Below are positions 1-14,400 of a stretch of DNA of 64,000 bases, in pieces. The notes under the pieces are model-generated. The model made no database searches. It was given only the letters and a program-made list of their open reading frames with translations, and was not told where the DNA came from. Origin of the DNA: the human T2T-CHM13v2.0 reference genome, Homo sapiens; the NCBI RefSeq assembly GCF_009914755.1, contig NC_060932.1. One strand, 5' to 3'. Each line of letters begins with the position of its first letter. Positions within the stretch are counted from its first letter, which is position 1. A program made the translations under genes and the position numbers.

Positions 1-1917
1 AATGAATAAGCACAATTTGAAACTAAAAATACAAAACCATTTACATTAACCCCCACAAAAATGAAATACTTTGGTATAAATCAAACAATTTTTATAAGAT
101 GTATATAAGGAAAATCACAAAATTCTCATGAAAGAAATCAAAGAACTAAACAAATGGAGAAATATTGTATGTTCATGGATAGGAAGACTAATATTGCATG
201 ATGTGAGTTTTTCTCAACTCTATCTATAGATTTAACACAATCTCAATTTAAATCCCAGAAGCTATTTTGTGGATATGAACAAACTGATTCTAATGTTTAT
301 AGAGGGAGGCAGGTGACCTAGAATTGACAATGCAATATTGAAGGAGAAGAACAAAGTCAGAGGACTGATACTACCCTACTTTAAGATCTACTAAAATGTT
401 ATGGTAGTCAAGACAGCATGGTATTGGCCAAAAAAAAAAAAAGCAGAAAAATTATTCAATAGAACAGAAGACAAAGCCTAGAAACAGACCCACATAAATA
501 TAGGCAACTTGATCTTTGACAAATGAGCAAAGGCAATACAATAAAGCAAAGGGTCTTTTCAACAAATGGTGTCAACAACTGGACATTTACATAAAAAGAA
601 TCTAGACACAGAACTTACACCCTTACAAATATAAGCATTCAATATATCATGAACCTAAATGTAAAATGCAAAACTAAAAATCTCCTAGACAATAACAGGA
701 GAGAACCTAGATGACATTAGGTATGTAATGACTTTTTAGATACAACACCAACAGCCTGATCTGTGAAAGAAATCATTCATAAATTTGTTAAAATTAAAAA
801 CATCTTCTCTGTGAAAAACACTGTCAAAAGAATGAGAAGACAAGCCACAAACTGGGAAAAAGGATATTTGCAAATCACATATGGTAAAGTACTGTTAACC
901 AAAATATACAAAGAATTCTTGAAACTCAACAATAATAAAAATACAACCTCATTAAAAAAATGGCCAAAAGATCTGAACAAATAACCTCACTAAAAAAGAT
1001 ATATGGATGGCAAAAAAAAATAGTATTTAAAAAGATACTCAATATCGTATGACATTAGGGAATGGGAAATTAAAACAACATTAAGTTATTCTCATACCAC
1101 TATTAGAATGGTCAAAATCCAGAACACTGACAATGCCGAATGCTGGTTTGGATGTGGAGCAATGGGCACTCCCATTCATTGCCGGTCAGAATGTAGAATG
1201 ATACACAGCCATTTTGGAAGACAGTTTGGCAGTTTCTTATAACTCTAAACATACTTTTACTATACAATTCAGCAGTGGTGCTCTTTGGTGTTTACCCAAA
1301 TGAGTTGAAAATTTACATCCACACAAAAACCTACACATCAATGTTTACAGCAGCTTTATTCACAATTGTCAAAACTTAAAAGCAACCAAGATGTTCATGA
1401 CTGTTTTATATATATATCCATACAGTGGAATAGGAATGAGCTCTCAAGCCATAAAAAGACATACAGGAAACTGAAATTCACATTACTAAGTAGAAGCCAA
1501 TCTGGAAACACTATATACTACATGTTTCCCACTATGACATTGTGAAAAAAGGCAAAACTATGAATACAGTAAGAGGACTAGTGGTTACCAGGGATTCGGG
1601 GGAGGAAGAGAAGAATAGGGAGAGCACAGAAGATTTTTAGGGTAGTGAAACTATGATACTAGAATGGTGGATCCAAGTCATTAGCATTTGTCAAAACCCA
1701 TAATAGGTACAACCTCAAGAAAAAACTCTATTGTAAACTATGGACTTTAGGTATTAATGAAGTGTCAATGCAGGTTCATCAATCATAACAAATGTACCAC
1801 TCTGTTAGGGATGTAGGTAACAGGGGAGGCTGTGCATGTGTGGGGGCAGGAGGCATATGGGAACTCTGTGTACCTTACAATAATTGTTGCTGTAAAACTA
1901 CTGTAAAAAATAAAATC
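1..1917 (+). mobile_element. Old LINE-1 (L1M-type) 3' portion: degenerate ORF2 C-terminus plus 3' UTR
   Basis: ORF 763-984 reads TVKRMRRQATNWEK...KIYKEFLKLNNNKN..LKKWPKDLNK, like L1 ORF2p. An old-L1 3' UTR and A-rich end follow. Many stops and frameshifts. Confidence 0.85.
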
Positions 1918-1918
1918 T

Positions 1919-2243
<325 letters not shown>

Positions 2244-2923
2244 ACATTTTTTTAATACTGACTTCATATTGGCCTTGTCTGACACAATTCCTGTAAGGGT
2301 CTTGGGCATCTTATTTCATCTTCACAAGTGTCCCCACTCAGTTACCAATTTAATCTTTGCTGGCTTGGCTGGAGTGGAGCCAGTTTTTCTGCAGTATTTG
2401 GATAAAGCAGAGTAGCTATTTTCTAAAAGTTTCCTGTCTTAATAGACTGCCCCTTTCCTGATCCTTTGACTAGTGAAAGCATCTGTTTGCTGCTGGGACT
2501 TGTTGTCTGTGCTCTAATTGGCATTTGTGGGTTGCCTGCTCCTTCAGTTACATGTGCAAGTGACACAAGGCGAAAAGAAAATCGAGCGAGTTCACTGCTG
2601 TGTCATTCCTCTGGTCCTGAGAAAGCCTTCTGCCTTCATTACATATAAAATGTATGTCCAAGGTTTTTAGTTGTACTTAGTAGGAGGAATAGGTGAAAGT
2701 ATTTGCAATTTATCTTTTCAGGAGCACAAGTCCCAATGCAATAATTTAAAAAATCAAAATTAATGCAAAAATGCATGATGAATATTACTAAAGTGTCCTC
2801 TTCTCTGAGCCTCCAATGTGGCCCTGTGCAGCACCATTATTGATCTTGCCTATATGTAACATTTAGAATTTGCCCTCCTTTAGCAAAGAAAACAACAACC
2901 AATGGCTTAAACAAAAGGGCATG

Positions 2924-2954
2924 GTTTTTTGTTTTTTGGTTTTTGTTTGTTTGT

Positions 2955-2986
<32 letters not shown>

Positions 2987-2987
2987 G
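2924..2987. repeat. (GTT)n/(GTTT)n microsatellite
   Basis: Directly visible gttgttgtt run. It explains the poly-Cys ORF 2929-3129. Confidence 0.95.
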
Positions 2988-5364
2988 CAGAGAGGAAGTC
3001 CTGAATCAGCAGCTCTGGGCTAGGAGAGGCTCCATAGCATTATCAGGAATTTGGGCTTCTCCCTATTTCACCATCTTTAGCCTGTGGACTCTTTTTCAAG
3101 GTCACTTTGTGGTATTCATGGCCAGTTGAGGCCAGAAGGAGGAAGAATGGCTGGAGAGCACAGATGGGCTTACGTTCAGCTGAAGCAGCATTTTTCAAGT
3201 AGCCTTTCCACAAATCCTACGCATTTCCATTCACATCTTCCTGGTAAAGAGATCCTTTTGCCTATTCTAGCTAAACACGAAGGTTGAATATAGTCTTCAG
3301 TTCTGAGCTGCAATATGCTCAGCTAAGAATCAGGGTTATCTATTTGAGGAAGAAGAAGAGATCAAATGTTGGAGAAAGGGAATTAACAATCTCTGCCATA
3401 CATATGCCACTTGGTAAGTGCCCAAAGTCTGAAGGAGACTGGCCCAATTGCTGTATATCTCACAATGTTGTAAATGTTGGTAAATAGGAATAATTTTCTT
3501 TGGAGGGAAAAGCAAAGTCAAAAGCAGTAAGTATAAATGCAAGACCTCAAGGTACATGCACACTAAGCACTGCTGGAAAACATCAACACTCACAGTTCCT
3601 GTCCACCCTTTTCCTGGGGCTGACTTGGAAGTTCTCACTTATCATCCTGGTCAATGTGAATGGATGCTATTTTAGATCCAAAGGGCAATACGTCCTGTTC
3701 GCTGAAACAAAGTGTATGTTTTTATTTCCCAATATCAATCCCATCACTCTAGACATTTAAGAGGCAAGTTCTCATCAGCATTCGGGATACTGTGGATGAT
3801 ATCAATACATTCACATTTCCCGCTGTTAAACTCTCTGTTTTCACTGCTGACAGCTTTATGGGGTGGATATAAAGTTTTCTTGGGCAGCTCATCAGTCCTA
3901 CAGCAGCATACCTATTCGAGAAGGAGGGACAGAGCCCATTATTGTAGCAATTTTGAACAAGGTCAAGAGTTTTTCTGGCATGACCCAACCAATGCAATAA
4001 CAGGACAATAGCTCCAAGCCAAGGGCTGAAAGGCAGAATTTTATTAAATCTTCAAGGAAAAGGGCAAAAAAAAAAAAAAAAAAAGCCATGCATCTGCAAC
4101 AGAAAAATTTGTGTTTTTTTAAAGGCTAAAAATAAATAAACAAATAAAATCACAGAAAAAATATAAAGCACACATGGAGTAAAACATACCTGTTCTTTTT
4201 TTTTAGTTTTCAATGATTTTTTCATTGTTTTTTAATTTTTAGTTTTCATTGATTTATATATTTTATATAAATATGTGTAAATTTTTATATTTACATACCT
4301 TTTGATATATTTATACATTTAAATACAAATATATTTCATTCACCTGATTTACAGATTTTAATATAACACAGCTTTTTAAAGGTTAATTCAGAAAATACTC
4401 TCATATACTTCAACTTGGAAGAGCAGGTGAAAAAAAATAAAGACATAACACTTGAAATGACCTTGTCAACTGGAAAACACTATCCAGATATTAGGAAGAG
4501 GATTCTGGCATTACCACCATCCATGAGCTAAGCGTGCAGTCTTACCTCTCAGAGAGATGAAAATATTCCCCAAAGGTACACGTTTAGAAGGAGTCAGAGT
4601 CAGGACTCAAACCGACATAAACTTCTACCTGCAAAATACATGCTCCTGTCCAGGTATAGGGACACAGTAGGCATGAATAGCAGTGACGCAAAGTGCAACA
4701 GCCAAGCCATACTGGAGAACAGCCGAGAACAGGAGTGGCCTGGTGCCGGGGTTCCCCAGGGTTCATGAATCCCGACAACACCTTCTGCCACACACTTAGC
4801 TAAGGGTCTTCATGTTTCTTATACCTATTACTCATTTTTTGAAAATGTGATATTCCTGTGTAATCCATGTTCATAGCTCTCCAATTCTTTTCTACCCTTG
4901 AGCCACACAAAGTGCCTCTGGTGGTGAATTAGGAGGAACTGTGCAAAGGATTAAACAAAAATCACCACATCACTTGACCTTAGAGGAAGATGAAGTTAAA
5001 GGCCCTTTCCTCCCCTAGGCTGATGATTTCTTACTCTGATTAACGAGGTTAGCAGGAAAAAGCCATTCTGCACCCAACTCCACTTCATTTATTGTAAGAC
5101 TGCACACAATTGTATGAGAAGGCAACAACTGCCCAGTTGGTCACTGGAGAGTTTCTGTCTCTCCCTCTCTGACCCACTCACTTCTATTGGCCAAGTGCTC
5201 TCAGTGTGGGGCCACTAGTCCCAGGGCACTTTGAAATGGGGATGTGTGTTCCTCCATTCAGTACCCATTTCTCTAACTTGCCCATTATCTCTCTTCTAGA
5301 ATTCTCAAGAAAATAGTTTTTAATTCATTAGCAACTTGTTAGCACTGGGTTGCTGTATCAATTC

Positions 5365-6387
5365 TTTTTATTATTATTATTATACTTTGAGTTCTAGGGT
5401 ACATGTGCATAATGTGCAGGTTTGTTACATATGTATACATGTGCCATGTTGGTGTGCTGCACCCATTCACTCATCATTTACATTAGGTATATCTCCTAAT
5501 GCTATCCCTTCTCCCCTCCCGCCACCCCACAACAAGCCCCGGTGTGTGATGATCCCCTTCCTGTGTTCAAGTGTTCTCATTGTTCAATTCCCACCTATGA
5601 GTGAGAACACACGGTGTTTGGTTTTTTGTCCCTGCGATAGTTTGCTGAGAATGATGGTTTCCAGCTTCATCCATGTCCCTACAAAGGACATGAACTCATC
5701 ATTTTTTATGGCTGCATAGTATTCCCTGGTGTATATGTGCCATATTTTCTTAATCCAGTCTATCTTTGATGGACAATTGGCTTGGTTCCAAGTCTCTGCT
5801 ATTGTGAATAGTGCTGCATAAACATATGTGTGCATGTGTCTTTATAGAAGCATGATTTATAATCCTTTGGGTACATACCCAGTAATAGGATGGCTGGGTC
5901 AAATGGTATTTCTAGTTCTAGATCCTTGAGGAATTGCCACATTGTCTTCCACTATGGTTGATCCAGTTTACAGTCCCACCAACAGTGTAAAAGTGTTCCT
6001 ATTTCTCCATATCCTCTCCAGCATCTGTTGTTTCCTGACTTTTTAATGATCGCCATTCTAACTGGTGTGAGATAGTATCTCATTGTGGTTTTGATTTGCA
6101 TTTCTCTGATGGCCAGTGATGATGAGCATTTTTTCATGTGTCTGTTGGCTGCATAAATGTCTTCTTTTGAGAAGTGTCTGTTCACATCCTTCGCCCACTT
6201 TTTGATGGGGTTGTTTTTTTCTTGTAAATTTGTTTGAGTTCTTTATAGATTCTGAATATTAGCCCTTTGTCAGATGAGTAGATTGCAAAAACCTTCTCCC
6301 ATTCCGTAGATTGCCTGTTCACTCTGATGGTAGTTTCTTTTGCTGTGCAGAAGCTCTTTAGTTTAATTAGATCCCATTTGTCAATTA
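5365..6387 (-). mobile_element. Young primate L1 (L1PA-type), 5'-truncated, about 1 kb
   Basis: Minus-strand ORFs match the ORF2p C-terminus: [48 protein letters not shown], ...RVFSLIGGN. L1PA 3' UTR and T-rich tail at ~5365. Confidence 0.95.
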
Positions 6388-8574
6388 TTAAGACAGATGT
6401 TAAAGTTAACAGAGGAACTTGAAAAAGAAAATCTCCTAATGCTAAGATAATACTTGCCTGTGAATTCAACGCTATGGAGAAAATAGGTAGGGATGTTGGA
6501 ACTTTCAGTCACTCCCTAGAGACTTCTGTCAGGATCAACCTGCTCCCAAGGGTCGAATTTGAGCTCCCTGGCAGGCTTCTGACTTGAAGGAAATATGTGG
6601 AGAATAGTCATATCCTTTGTCCTCTGAAGTGCCACTGGTTTCTGTGGGCACTGGAAAAATCCAGAGATTGAGAACAGTTTGAAAAAAAGGTGCTTTTGTA
6701 ATTGAGAGAAATGTCTACAGCTGTGACTTTCGCCTCATGGATTCTATGAGATCTCTTTTATTTTGCAATTCAAGACTGCATGGGTAGCAAAAAAAAATTA
6801 TGTGGCATATCAGAAGCATTAAGTAAAATTTAAAATAGTAGAATAATACATCCGGTCACATCACTGTATATAATCCTGTTTAAGAAATGGTTCCTTCCTT
6901 TGTTTGTTTAACTTAGTCTAAAATTCCATCAGATATCTGAGGCATCATTATAAGATTTTAAACCAAGATTAGTTCAGCATGTTAAGGAGGAAGAAAATAT
7001 TTCTCTTCAGAAATTTAGTAAAAATGGGTTGAAATGTTGAATACCATTCCTCTCAAATAAAGCTGACAGAATATAAATCACCCTTAATGTGTCTTATCCT
7101 CTTTAAAAAATGCACCAGGAGAAAATGGTCTCTGCTCTTCGTATACTTTGAAGGGTTTTAATCCTCATTCATTTTCTGACTTAGGTGCAAAACAAAGGAC
7201 ACTGAAGACCAAGGCAAGAGTTGGGTTTTCATACTAAATGAGATTTCTGGTTTATTTAAGATGTCGCCCAATCCAGAAATCATAATCTCAGAACAGCTGC
7301 CAAATTAGGTGGCAGTTCTGGGTTTTCCTATCACCTGACATTTTCCGAGTTTGCCCTTTGTCCAGACCGAGTTCATTTTCATGTTAATCAAATTTGTTGA
7401 GTTACCAGGCGGGCAGGACCACCTGACCTTGTGAAGCTAGCTCATCTGTTTCTCAAATCACAAGCAGTCCCTGGTAAGAAGTAATTCTTGTTAATAAGAA
7501 GTAGAAACCCCCATTCGTGACCAAAACAACTTTTAATTAGAAATACACAAAAAAAGAGCATTTTCTGTAGATATTCTCCACTTAAGAATTAAAACATTAA
7601 ATATTTATGTTTTAAATAGAAAATACACCTTAAAAAGTCTAGGACCCTACTGCATTGAAGCCTATAATTACAGGAATAATCCATATATGATTGCTTTCTC
7701 AAATTAGAAGCACTAATTACCTCAGCAAGTTAGTCTTGGATTCATTTGGTGTGGACTTATACCTTTATGCATGAGTGTTGCTAAGCCAGGATGATCCAAG
7801 CAACCTTAAAAAATCTCCTTTATCCGCAGGCCTAGGCTGTTTGAGCTCAGTCAGTATTCATGAGAAATGTCCTGGCAATTAGTAGTGAAAGAACAGAGAG
7901 AGTTTGATAAACTAAAGCTCAGAAAATCTTTAGGATTCAAAATGGTGAGATAGTTTAAGGTAGAAATTTATCACATAGATTTCAATTCTGGATTCCTAAA
8001 AACAGATGTAGCAGAGGATTTCAGGTACAGACTGATAAGCCCTTCTTTCCATGGGGTGCCCAGTAAAGCATGGTATTGAAAATCTGTGGTTAACTTTGAC
8101 ACAGAGAGGAACGATGTCATAGAGTTTCTTAAGTACCTAGTCAGCGATAGGCACTCTAGGTTAACATGACAAAGGCTAAAGTTTTCTATAGAAAACATAA
8201 GGATACTCTTGGCTAAATTAAGGCTGTATTAAGTTTAATTAGAGCTGTCAGAACAGAATCTGTAACAAGGAATCCAGATTCTGAAAACATCTAGGTGCCA
8301 AGGTCATTCAGATTTTATTGACCTGAGGACCTGAAAAGGGAACTGATCATGGGGAGCATTGTCGCTGCAACAAGACAAAGTACTCGATGCTTTCGGCAGA
8401 CATCATTTCATCTTAACACAGACCTTATGAAGTGGGTATTATGAATCTTCATGTTCACATAGTTTACTAGTAAGTTATGGCACCAGGTTCAAGTCCAGGC
8501 CAGTGTGACTCCAAAGCCCATACATTTCCCACTGCATTATACTGTTTATGTGGAGGAGGCAGTAGGCATTGGAC

Positions 8575-10330
8575 AGTAAGTAAAATTAAGTTAGCTAAAT
8601 TACAAATGCATTCACGCTTCGACCTAACCATTCTACTTGGAGTAATTTACTTTGAAAATATACCTGCAGAAGTCCAAAACATAATTCCCAAAGTTATTGA
8701 CTGCTGCATTATTTGTATTAGTAAAAGCCAGGAAAGAACACTGAATGTATCATAATAAGAGAGAGGTAAAATGAGAAATGATGCAATTATACATTAAATT
8801 ACTATGTAGCCATATAAAAAGGCTGAAGAAAATAAATATACACTTACATGGAATAATCTTTAGAATCAATTAATTAAAAAACTAAGATGAAGAACACTGT
8901 ATATAATGTTAACATTTATGTGAGAAATGAGAGGAAATAAGAACATATATATATGACTTTATGTATTATACACATCCTTAAAGTAAGAATCATCAGAAAA
9001 AACAACCATTTTTTAAATGTTTACCTAGAGATGGTAGAGAGCTATGGGGTGAGGGGACAGAAATAGAAATTAAATCTCTCTGAACTTGTTGTTCTGATTT
9101 TTAAACCACGTAAACATCATACAATGCCAAAAAGTAAATAATAATAAAATAGAAAAACAAAGCAATAAAAATTTTAAAGTGAAAATTTGGAAGAGATAAT
9201 TTATTTGGAGGAGATAATTATTTTACTGTCATTAAAAACAGCACTGATCTAACACTGGGATATATTCTAAGACAAAAAAAATAGGAAAATAAAAGTAAAA
9301 CTTTACCCAGAAATTTTGTTTTGTTTTCCTCAGTGGCAATATTTATTTCCTTGTTTTGAATCATTTTTGTGAATATTGTATTATGCTACAAATAAATAGT
9401 TGTTTGTTATTTTATATCAAGATTTCATTTGTAAGGGAAAAGAGATACAAATCTAAAGTTCAAGAAGCTAAGTAAATCTCTTGTTCAAGTTAAAATAAAA
9501 ACAAAATGATAAATTCATGATTTTAAAAAACGTATCCATGAAAGAGCCAAAGAGCAATAATACCTGAGTAGTATTGGGCACCACTTATGTCCAAAATTTG
9601 CTTTCTATACACCATTCTTCTCTAAAGGTGACCATCCTTATTTCTGAAAATAATAGATCTGTTTCCAGATCTAATAGGGAAAGTAGAGCGTTGTAACATT
9701 TGTTGGTCCCGGAAAGCAAAAAGTATTCCAAGACCAATGGAGTTCTGTCAAAAGGACCCAGGGCCCAGTCAAAAGGGATTCTATCAATCAAAGTTGAAAC
9801 AATCTGAGTAACAAAATAAAGAAGAATGTATTTTATTGAAGCATATCGAATATATACAATTTCAGACTACAACGATACACACATACCCCTACACACTCAC
9901 ATAAAAAAAAAGCTTCCATTAGAAATGGAAGTACATCTATCTCTTATACCAAGTCCTTCTGTGGAAATTGGTAAATTAATGAATTAAGTGATTATACTTT
10001 TATTTTATTGACCATAAAGTGTCACCAAATAGCCCTAATTGATGAGGGAAAACTTTTATTATAGAAAAGCATTGAATAACAATTATAGATGAATGACAGG
10101 GGAAATACCACCACCATTTAATAGCTCCTAATAAGTATTTGATTCAGGCAAGGAGCAAGAATGAATGCTAAAATCATTAACTGGCAAGTTGATGGTGCTA
10201 AAAATACTGGCACACAGATAATTTCCTAATTGTAAAGGGAAAAAGATAACTTTACAATGGAGAAATCTGATTGCCACTGTCATGAAAAATGAATCAACCA
10301 ATCATTTTATGCCTCCTGATAGGTTGCAAC
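8575..10330 (+). mobile_element. Highly diverged old L1 (L1MC/L1ME-like) 3' fragments
   Basis: Decayed L1-like motifs (TTCGACCTAACCATTCTACTTGGAGTAATTTAC, TACTATGTAGCCATATAAAA) in A-rich sequence. Boundaries are approximate. Confidence 0.5.
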
Positions 10331-10359
10331 ATGAAGTACCTAACATCATCAATAACTTA

Positions 10360-11450
10360 TTTTGTTAAACTGTGGTTAAATATAAACAACATAAAATGTA
10401 CTATTTTAACTGTTTTAAGTGAACAGTGACATTAAGTGCATTCATATTGACATGCAACTATCACCACCATCTATCTCCAGAACTTTTTATCTTCCTAAAC
10501 TTACCACCCATTAAACACTAACTTCCTACCTTCTCTTCAAAGCTATGGTGACCATCATCCTACTTTCTGTCTCTAAGAATTCGACTACTCTAGGTACCTT
10601 ATATATGTGGAATTATACAATATATAGTGTTCTTTGTGACTGGCTTGTTTCACTTACCAGTGCTTCGATGTTGTAGCATGTGTCAGAATTTTCTTCTTTG
10701 TAAAAATGAATAATATTCTATTGTGTATATTATACTAATCATTGTCTGAGCATTGGGCCTATTTATTCCCCCTAAAATTATCATTTATGAACCCTCAAAA
10801 TGGCCATATTTCTCTGATATTCTCTTCCCCTATTAAGATGGATATACAACTATGTGTACCTCATTCGGTCATTGGATAACTATCCTGAAATTCTCCAGTG
10901 CTTATGCACATTAAATTTATTTGTATGCCTTTTTCTCCTACTAATCTGCCTCTTTATCAGTTCATTTTTAGTGAATCTTTATCAGTGGATTTCTCACAAG
11001 AGAAATCCTTCCTTTAGATTGTTATATGTTATATAACAAATTTATATAATTATATAATAAATATATATTATATAACACATATTATATAACAAATTTGTTC
11101 ATTCATGCAACCTTTGATGGACACTTAGGTAGCATCCACCTTTTGGCTACCATAGATAATGGTGCTATGACCATGAGTGTATAAAGATCTGTTCTACCCA
11201 CTGACTTCAATTTTGGGGGGTATATACTCAGGAGTGGAATTGCTGAATCATATAGTAATTCTATGTTTAGTTCTTTCAGGAATTGCTTTACTGTTTCCCA
11301 CAGCAATTGCATCATTTTACATTCTTATGAGCAAGACAAAAGGGTTCCAATCTCTCCACATTCTAGCCAAAAATTGCTTTTTCTGGTTTTGTTCGTTCGT
11401 TTGACAATAGCCATCCTAATGGGTGGTAATTGGAATCACATGGTGTCTCT
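10360..11450 (-). mobile_element. Old L1 (L1MB-like) 3' end, interrupted by an LTR fragment and an AT-rich patch
   Basis: ORF 11103-11315 (MQLLWETVKQFLKELNIELLYDSAIPLLSIYP) is ORF2p C-terminal-like. An L1MB-type 3' UTR lies at 10360-10730. Confidence 0.75.
10765..10985 (+). mobile_element. ERV1 LTR fragment (MER34/MER39-like)
   Basis: GTATGCCTTTTCTCCTACTAATCTGCCTCTTTATCAGTTCATTTTTAGTGAATCTT resembles the recalled MER39/MER34 3' end. Confidence 0.55.
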
Positions 11451-13290
11451 CCTGCTATTATTGTAGATCTGCCTTCAATTCTGTCAATATTTGCTTCATA
11501 TATTTAGAGCTCTGATGTTTGGTGCATACAAATTTATAATTGTTATATCTTTGATTAATTGACCCTTTCATTATTATACAAGGTCCTTCATTATATCTTG
11601 CAACGGTTTTTGACTTAAAGTCTATTTTGTCTGATATCAGAATAGGATCTCTGCTTTCTTTTAGTTAATATTTACATAGAATTTCCCACCCTTTATTTTT
11701 CACTTTCAACCTATGCATATCCTTAGATCTAAAGTGACTATGTGGTAGACAGCATATAGCTAGATCCTTTAAAACAAAAATCATTCCATCAATCTATGTC
11801 TTTTGTTGGAGAGTTTAACCCATTTAAATTTAAAGTAATTACTGAAAGAGCAGCACTTACTTTTGAAATTTTGTTCTTTATTTTTCATATATCTTATAGC
11901 AGTTTTTGTCTCTTGTTTCCCGTATTACTATTTTTTTGCTTATTTAATTTTTTATAGTGACATATTCTAATTACCTTCTCATTTTATTTGTGTATATTCT
12001 ATAGATATTTTCTTTTTGGTTACCATGTGGATTATATTTAACCTCCTGAAGTTATAATAATCTATCTTAAATGAATGCCAACTCAATTTCAATTGCATAC
12101 AAAAACCCTACTCCTTTGTAGCTCTGCCCCCTTTATGTTACTTAGTCATAAATTACCTCTTTATATATGTGTACCTGTTAACAGATTTATAATCAATTTT
12201 ATGCATTTGTCTTTTAAACCTTATCAAAAATAAAAGATTGAATTATAAGCCAAAACTACAGTAACAATTTTTAAAAATGTCTTTGTACTTACCTTTATCA
12301 GAGAACTCTATATTTTTGTATGGCTTTTGAGCTACTATCCAGCATCCCTTCATTTCAACTTGAAGGACTACATTTGGAATTTTTTGTAGAGAAGATTTAG
12401 TGGTTATGAACTTTCACAGATTTTGTTTATCTGAGAAAGTCTCAACTTCTCTCTGTTTTTTGAAGAACAGTTTTGCCACATACAGAATTCTTCACTGATG
12501 GTTTTGTTTCATTTATTTTTTTCAGCTTTGTGTATGTATCATCCCACTGACTTCTGGCCTTCAATGTTTCTTCTGAGAAATCCACTGATAATCTGGGGAC
12601 ACACTGATAATATTGGGAAATTCTGTGATTTATCCATGACATGAATAGTCATTCTGCTGTTGTTCTTCTCAAGATTCTTTGTCTTTGACTTAGCAATTTG
12701 ATGATGATGTGTCTCACTGTGGGTCTCTTCGAGTTTGTTGATCATTGAGCTTCTTACACTTGTAGACCCATGCCTTTCCTCAAATTTTGAAAGTTTACAG
12801 CTATTATGTTTTTCAAATAATCTCTCTACCCTTTTCTCTCTTTCTTCTCCTTCTGAACTCATATAGTGTATTTGTCTGTTTAACGGTGCCTCGTAAGTTC
12901 CTTAGGTTCTCTTCACTTTTCTTAATTCTTTTTATTCCTCAGACTAGATAATTTCAAATGTCCTGTTTTCAAATTTTCTGATTCTTTCTTCCGTCTGCTT
13001 GAGTCTCTTGTTGTATTCCTGTAGTAAGTTTTTTAATTCAATGATTATATTTTTCAGCTTCGGGACTTCTGTTTTGTTCTTTTTATTAAATAGTTTCTAG
13101 CTCTTTGTTGCTCTTCTCATAGTGTTCATTTATTACTTTCCTAAGTTTCTTTAGTTATCTGTCATGTTTTTATTTAGCTCTGCAAATATTTAAGACAGTT
13201 ATTTTAAAGTATTTTTCTAGTAAACATGATGCTTATGTTTTTTAGGGATAACTTCTGGAGATGTATTTTCTTCCTTTGAATGTGCCACAA
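11450..13290 (-). mobile_element. Old L1 internal fragment (ORF1 to ORF2 5' region)
   Basis: ORF 12442-12642 (RLSVDFSEETLKARSQWDD) and ORF 12539-12862 (EGEEREKRVERLFEK) are degenerate L1 ORF1p motifs. Confidence 0.8.
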
Positions 13291-13819
13291 TTATTTGTAT
13301 GACAAATATGGGAAAATGTTCTAATTGTTTGATTTAGGTAGAGGATATATGGGTAGGAATTGTACTATTCTTCCTGCTTTAAAAGATATTTAAAACTATT
13401 AAAAATAAAATGCTCAAAATTCAAGCGGTCTAAGTAGAGTAGAACAGGATTAAACCACTTATAAGAGCAGAAACTTGTGGTGGAAACAAACAGGGAGTTG
13501 CAGTAGCTAAACACAGTTCACAGTAGTTGGAATACTCCTCAGTCCCACTGATTTTTCTCTTACTCATGTTTCTCTAGTACATATGTGTTAGACAATAATA
13601 AGCTGGGGATGCTTGTACCTGTAGATCTCAGATGAGGTTGATACTTTCCTTCTCCATAGATTACAGGCAACATAAATATAGAAGCAGTATTTTTTGTTCC
13701 TTTTGTCACTCCTTATAGCATCTACCTTTACAGACACTGCCATGGTTATAAAAGACCAAGAGGCTTATGAAAATTTTAAGAGGGGAGTGACAATGATAAA
13801 CATTGTTATAATTTTCTAC

Positions 13820-14400
13820 TTCAACCTTTGTCCATACTTCTGTGCAATGTGACTTTACAGTACTTCCCATCAAAAGGTGGAATCTATTCCTTAATTGTTT
13901 GCATCTGGGCTGTGACTTGCTTTGACCAATAGAATGCAGCAGAAATTATATTTGTACCAGTTCCAAACCTACTCTTCAGGAGGCCTTGCATGCCTACACT
14001 CTCTCTCAGAATCCTCCCATCCACCTTGTGAACCAATACAGGCTAGCCTGTTGTGTATTAAAAGATACTTGCTCAGTTCTCCCCGATACCCCAGTTAACA
14101 GGCAGCCAACCTGGCTGACCATAAGCTGACAGATGCATAACTGACAACAGAGCAGAATAACTGGACAGCTGAGCCTAGCTCAAATTGCTGACTCACAGAA
14201 CTGTGAGCTAAAAAAAATTGTTATCTTTTAAGAGATGGGGGTCTTGCTATGTTGCCCAGGCTGGCTACAAACTTCTGTTCTCAAGCAATCCTCCCACCTC
14301 AGTCTCCCAGCTGAGACTACAGGTACATGCCAGAGCAAATGTCTCAAATGGTGGATGTTTTAAGCCACTCAATTTGAGGTGGTGCTTTGCACAGAGAAAG
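13820..14400. mobile_element. MLT1-type MaLR LTR with an inserted Alu monomer (FLAM-like, ~14225-14345, minus strand)
   Basis: GGGCTGTGACTTGCTTTGACCAATAGAATG and GAGCCTAGCTCAAATTGCTGACTCACAGAACTGTGAG are MLT1-like. GAGATGGGGGTCTTGCTATGTTGCCCAGGCTGG is an Alu monomer. Confidence 0.7.

Noticed and set aside
4910-4927. Second CTCF-like motif GTGCCTCTGGTGGTG
   Set aside because: It lacks one base of the core spacing (CCACCAGAGGCAC versus CCACCAGRGGGCRC), so the match is weak.
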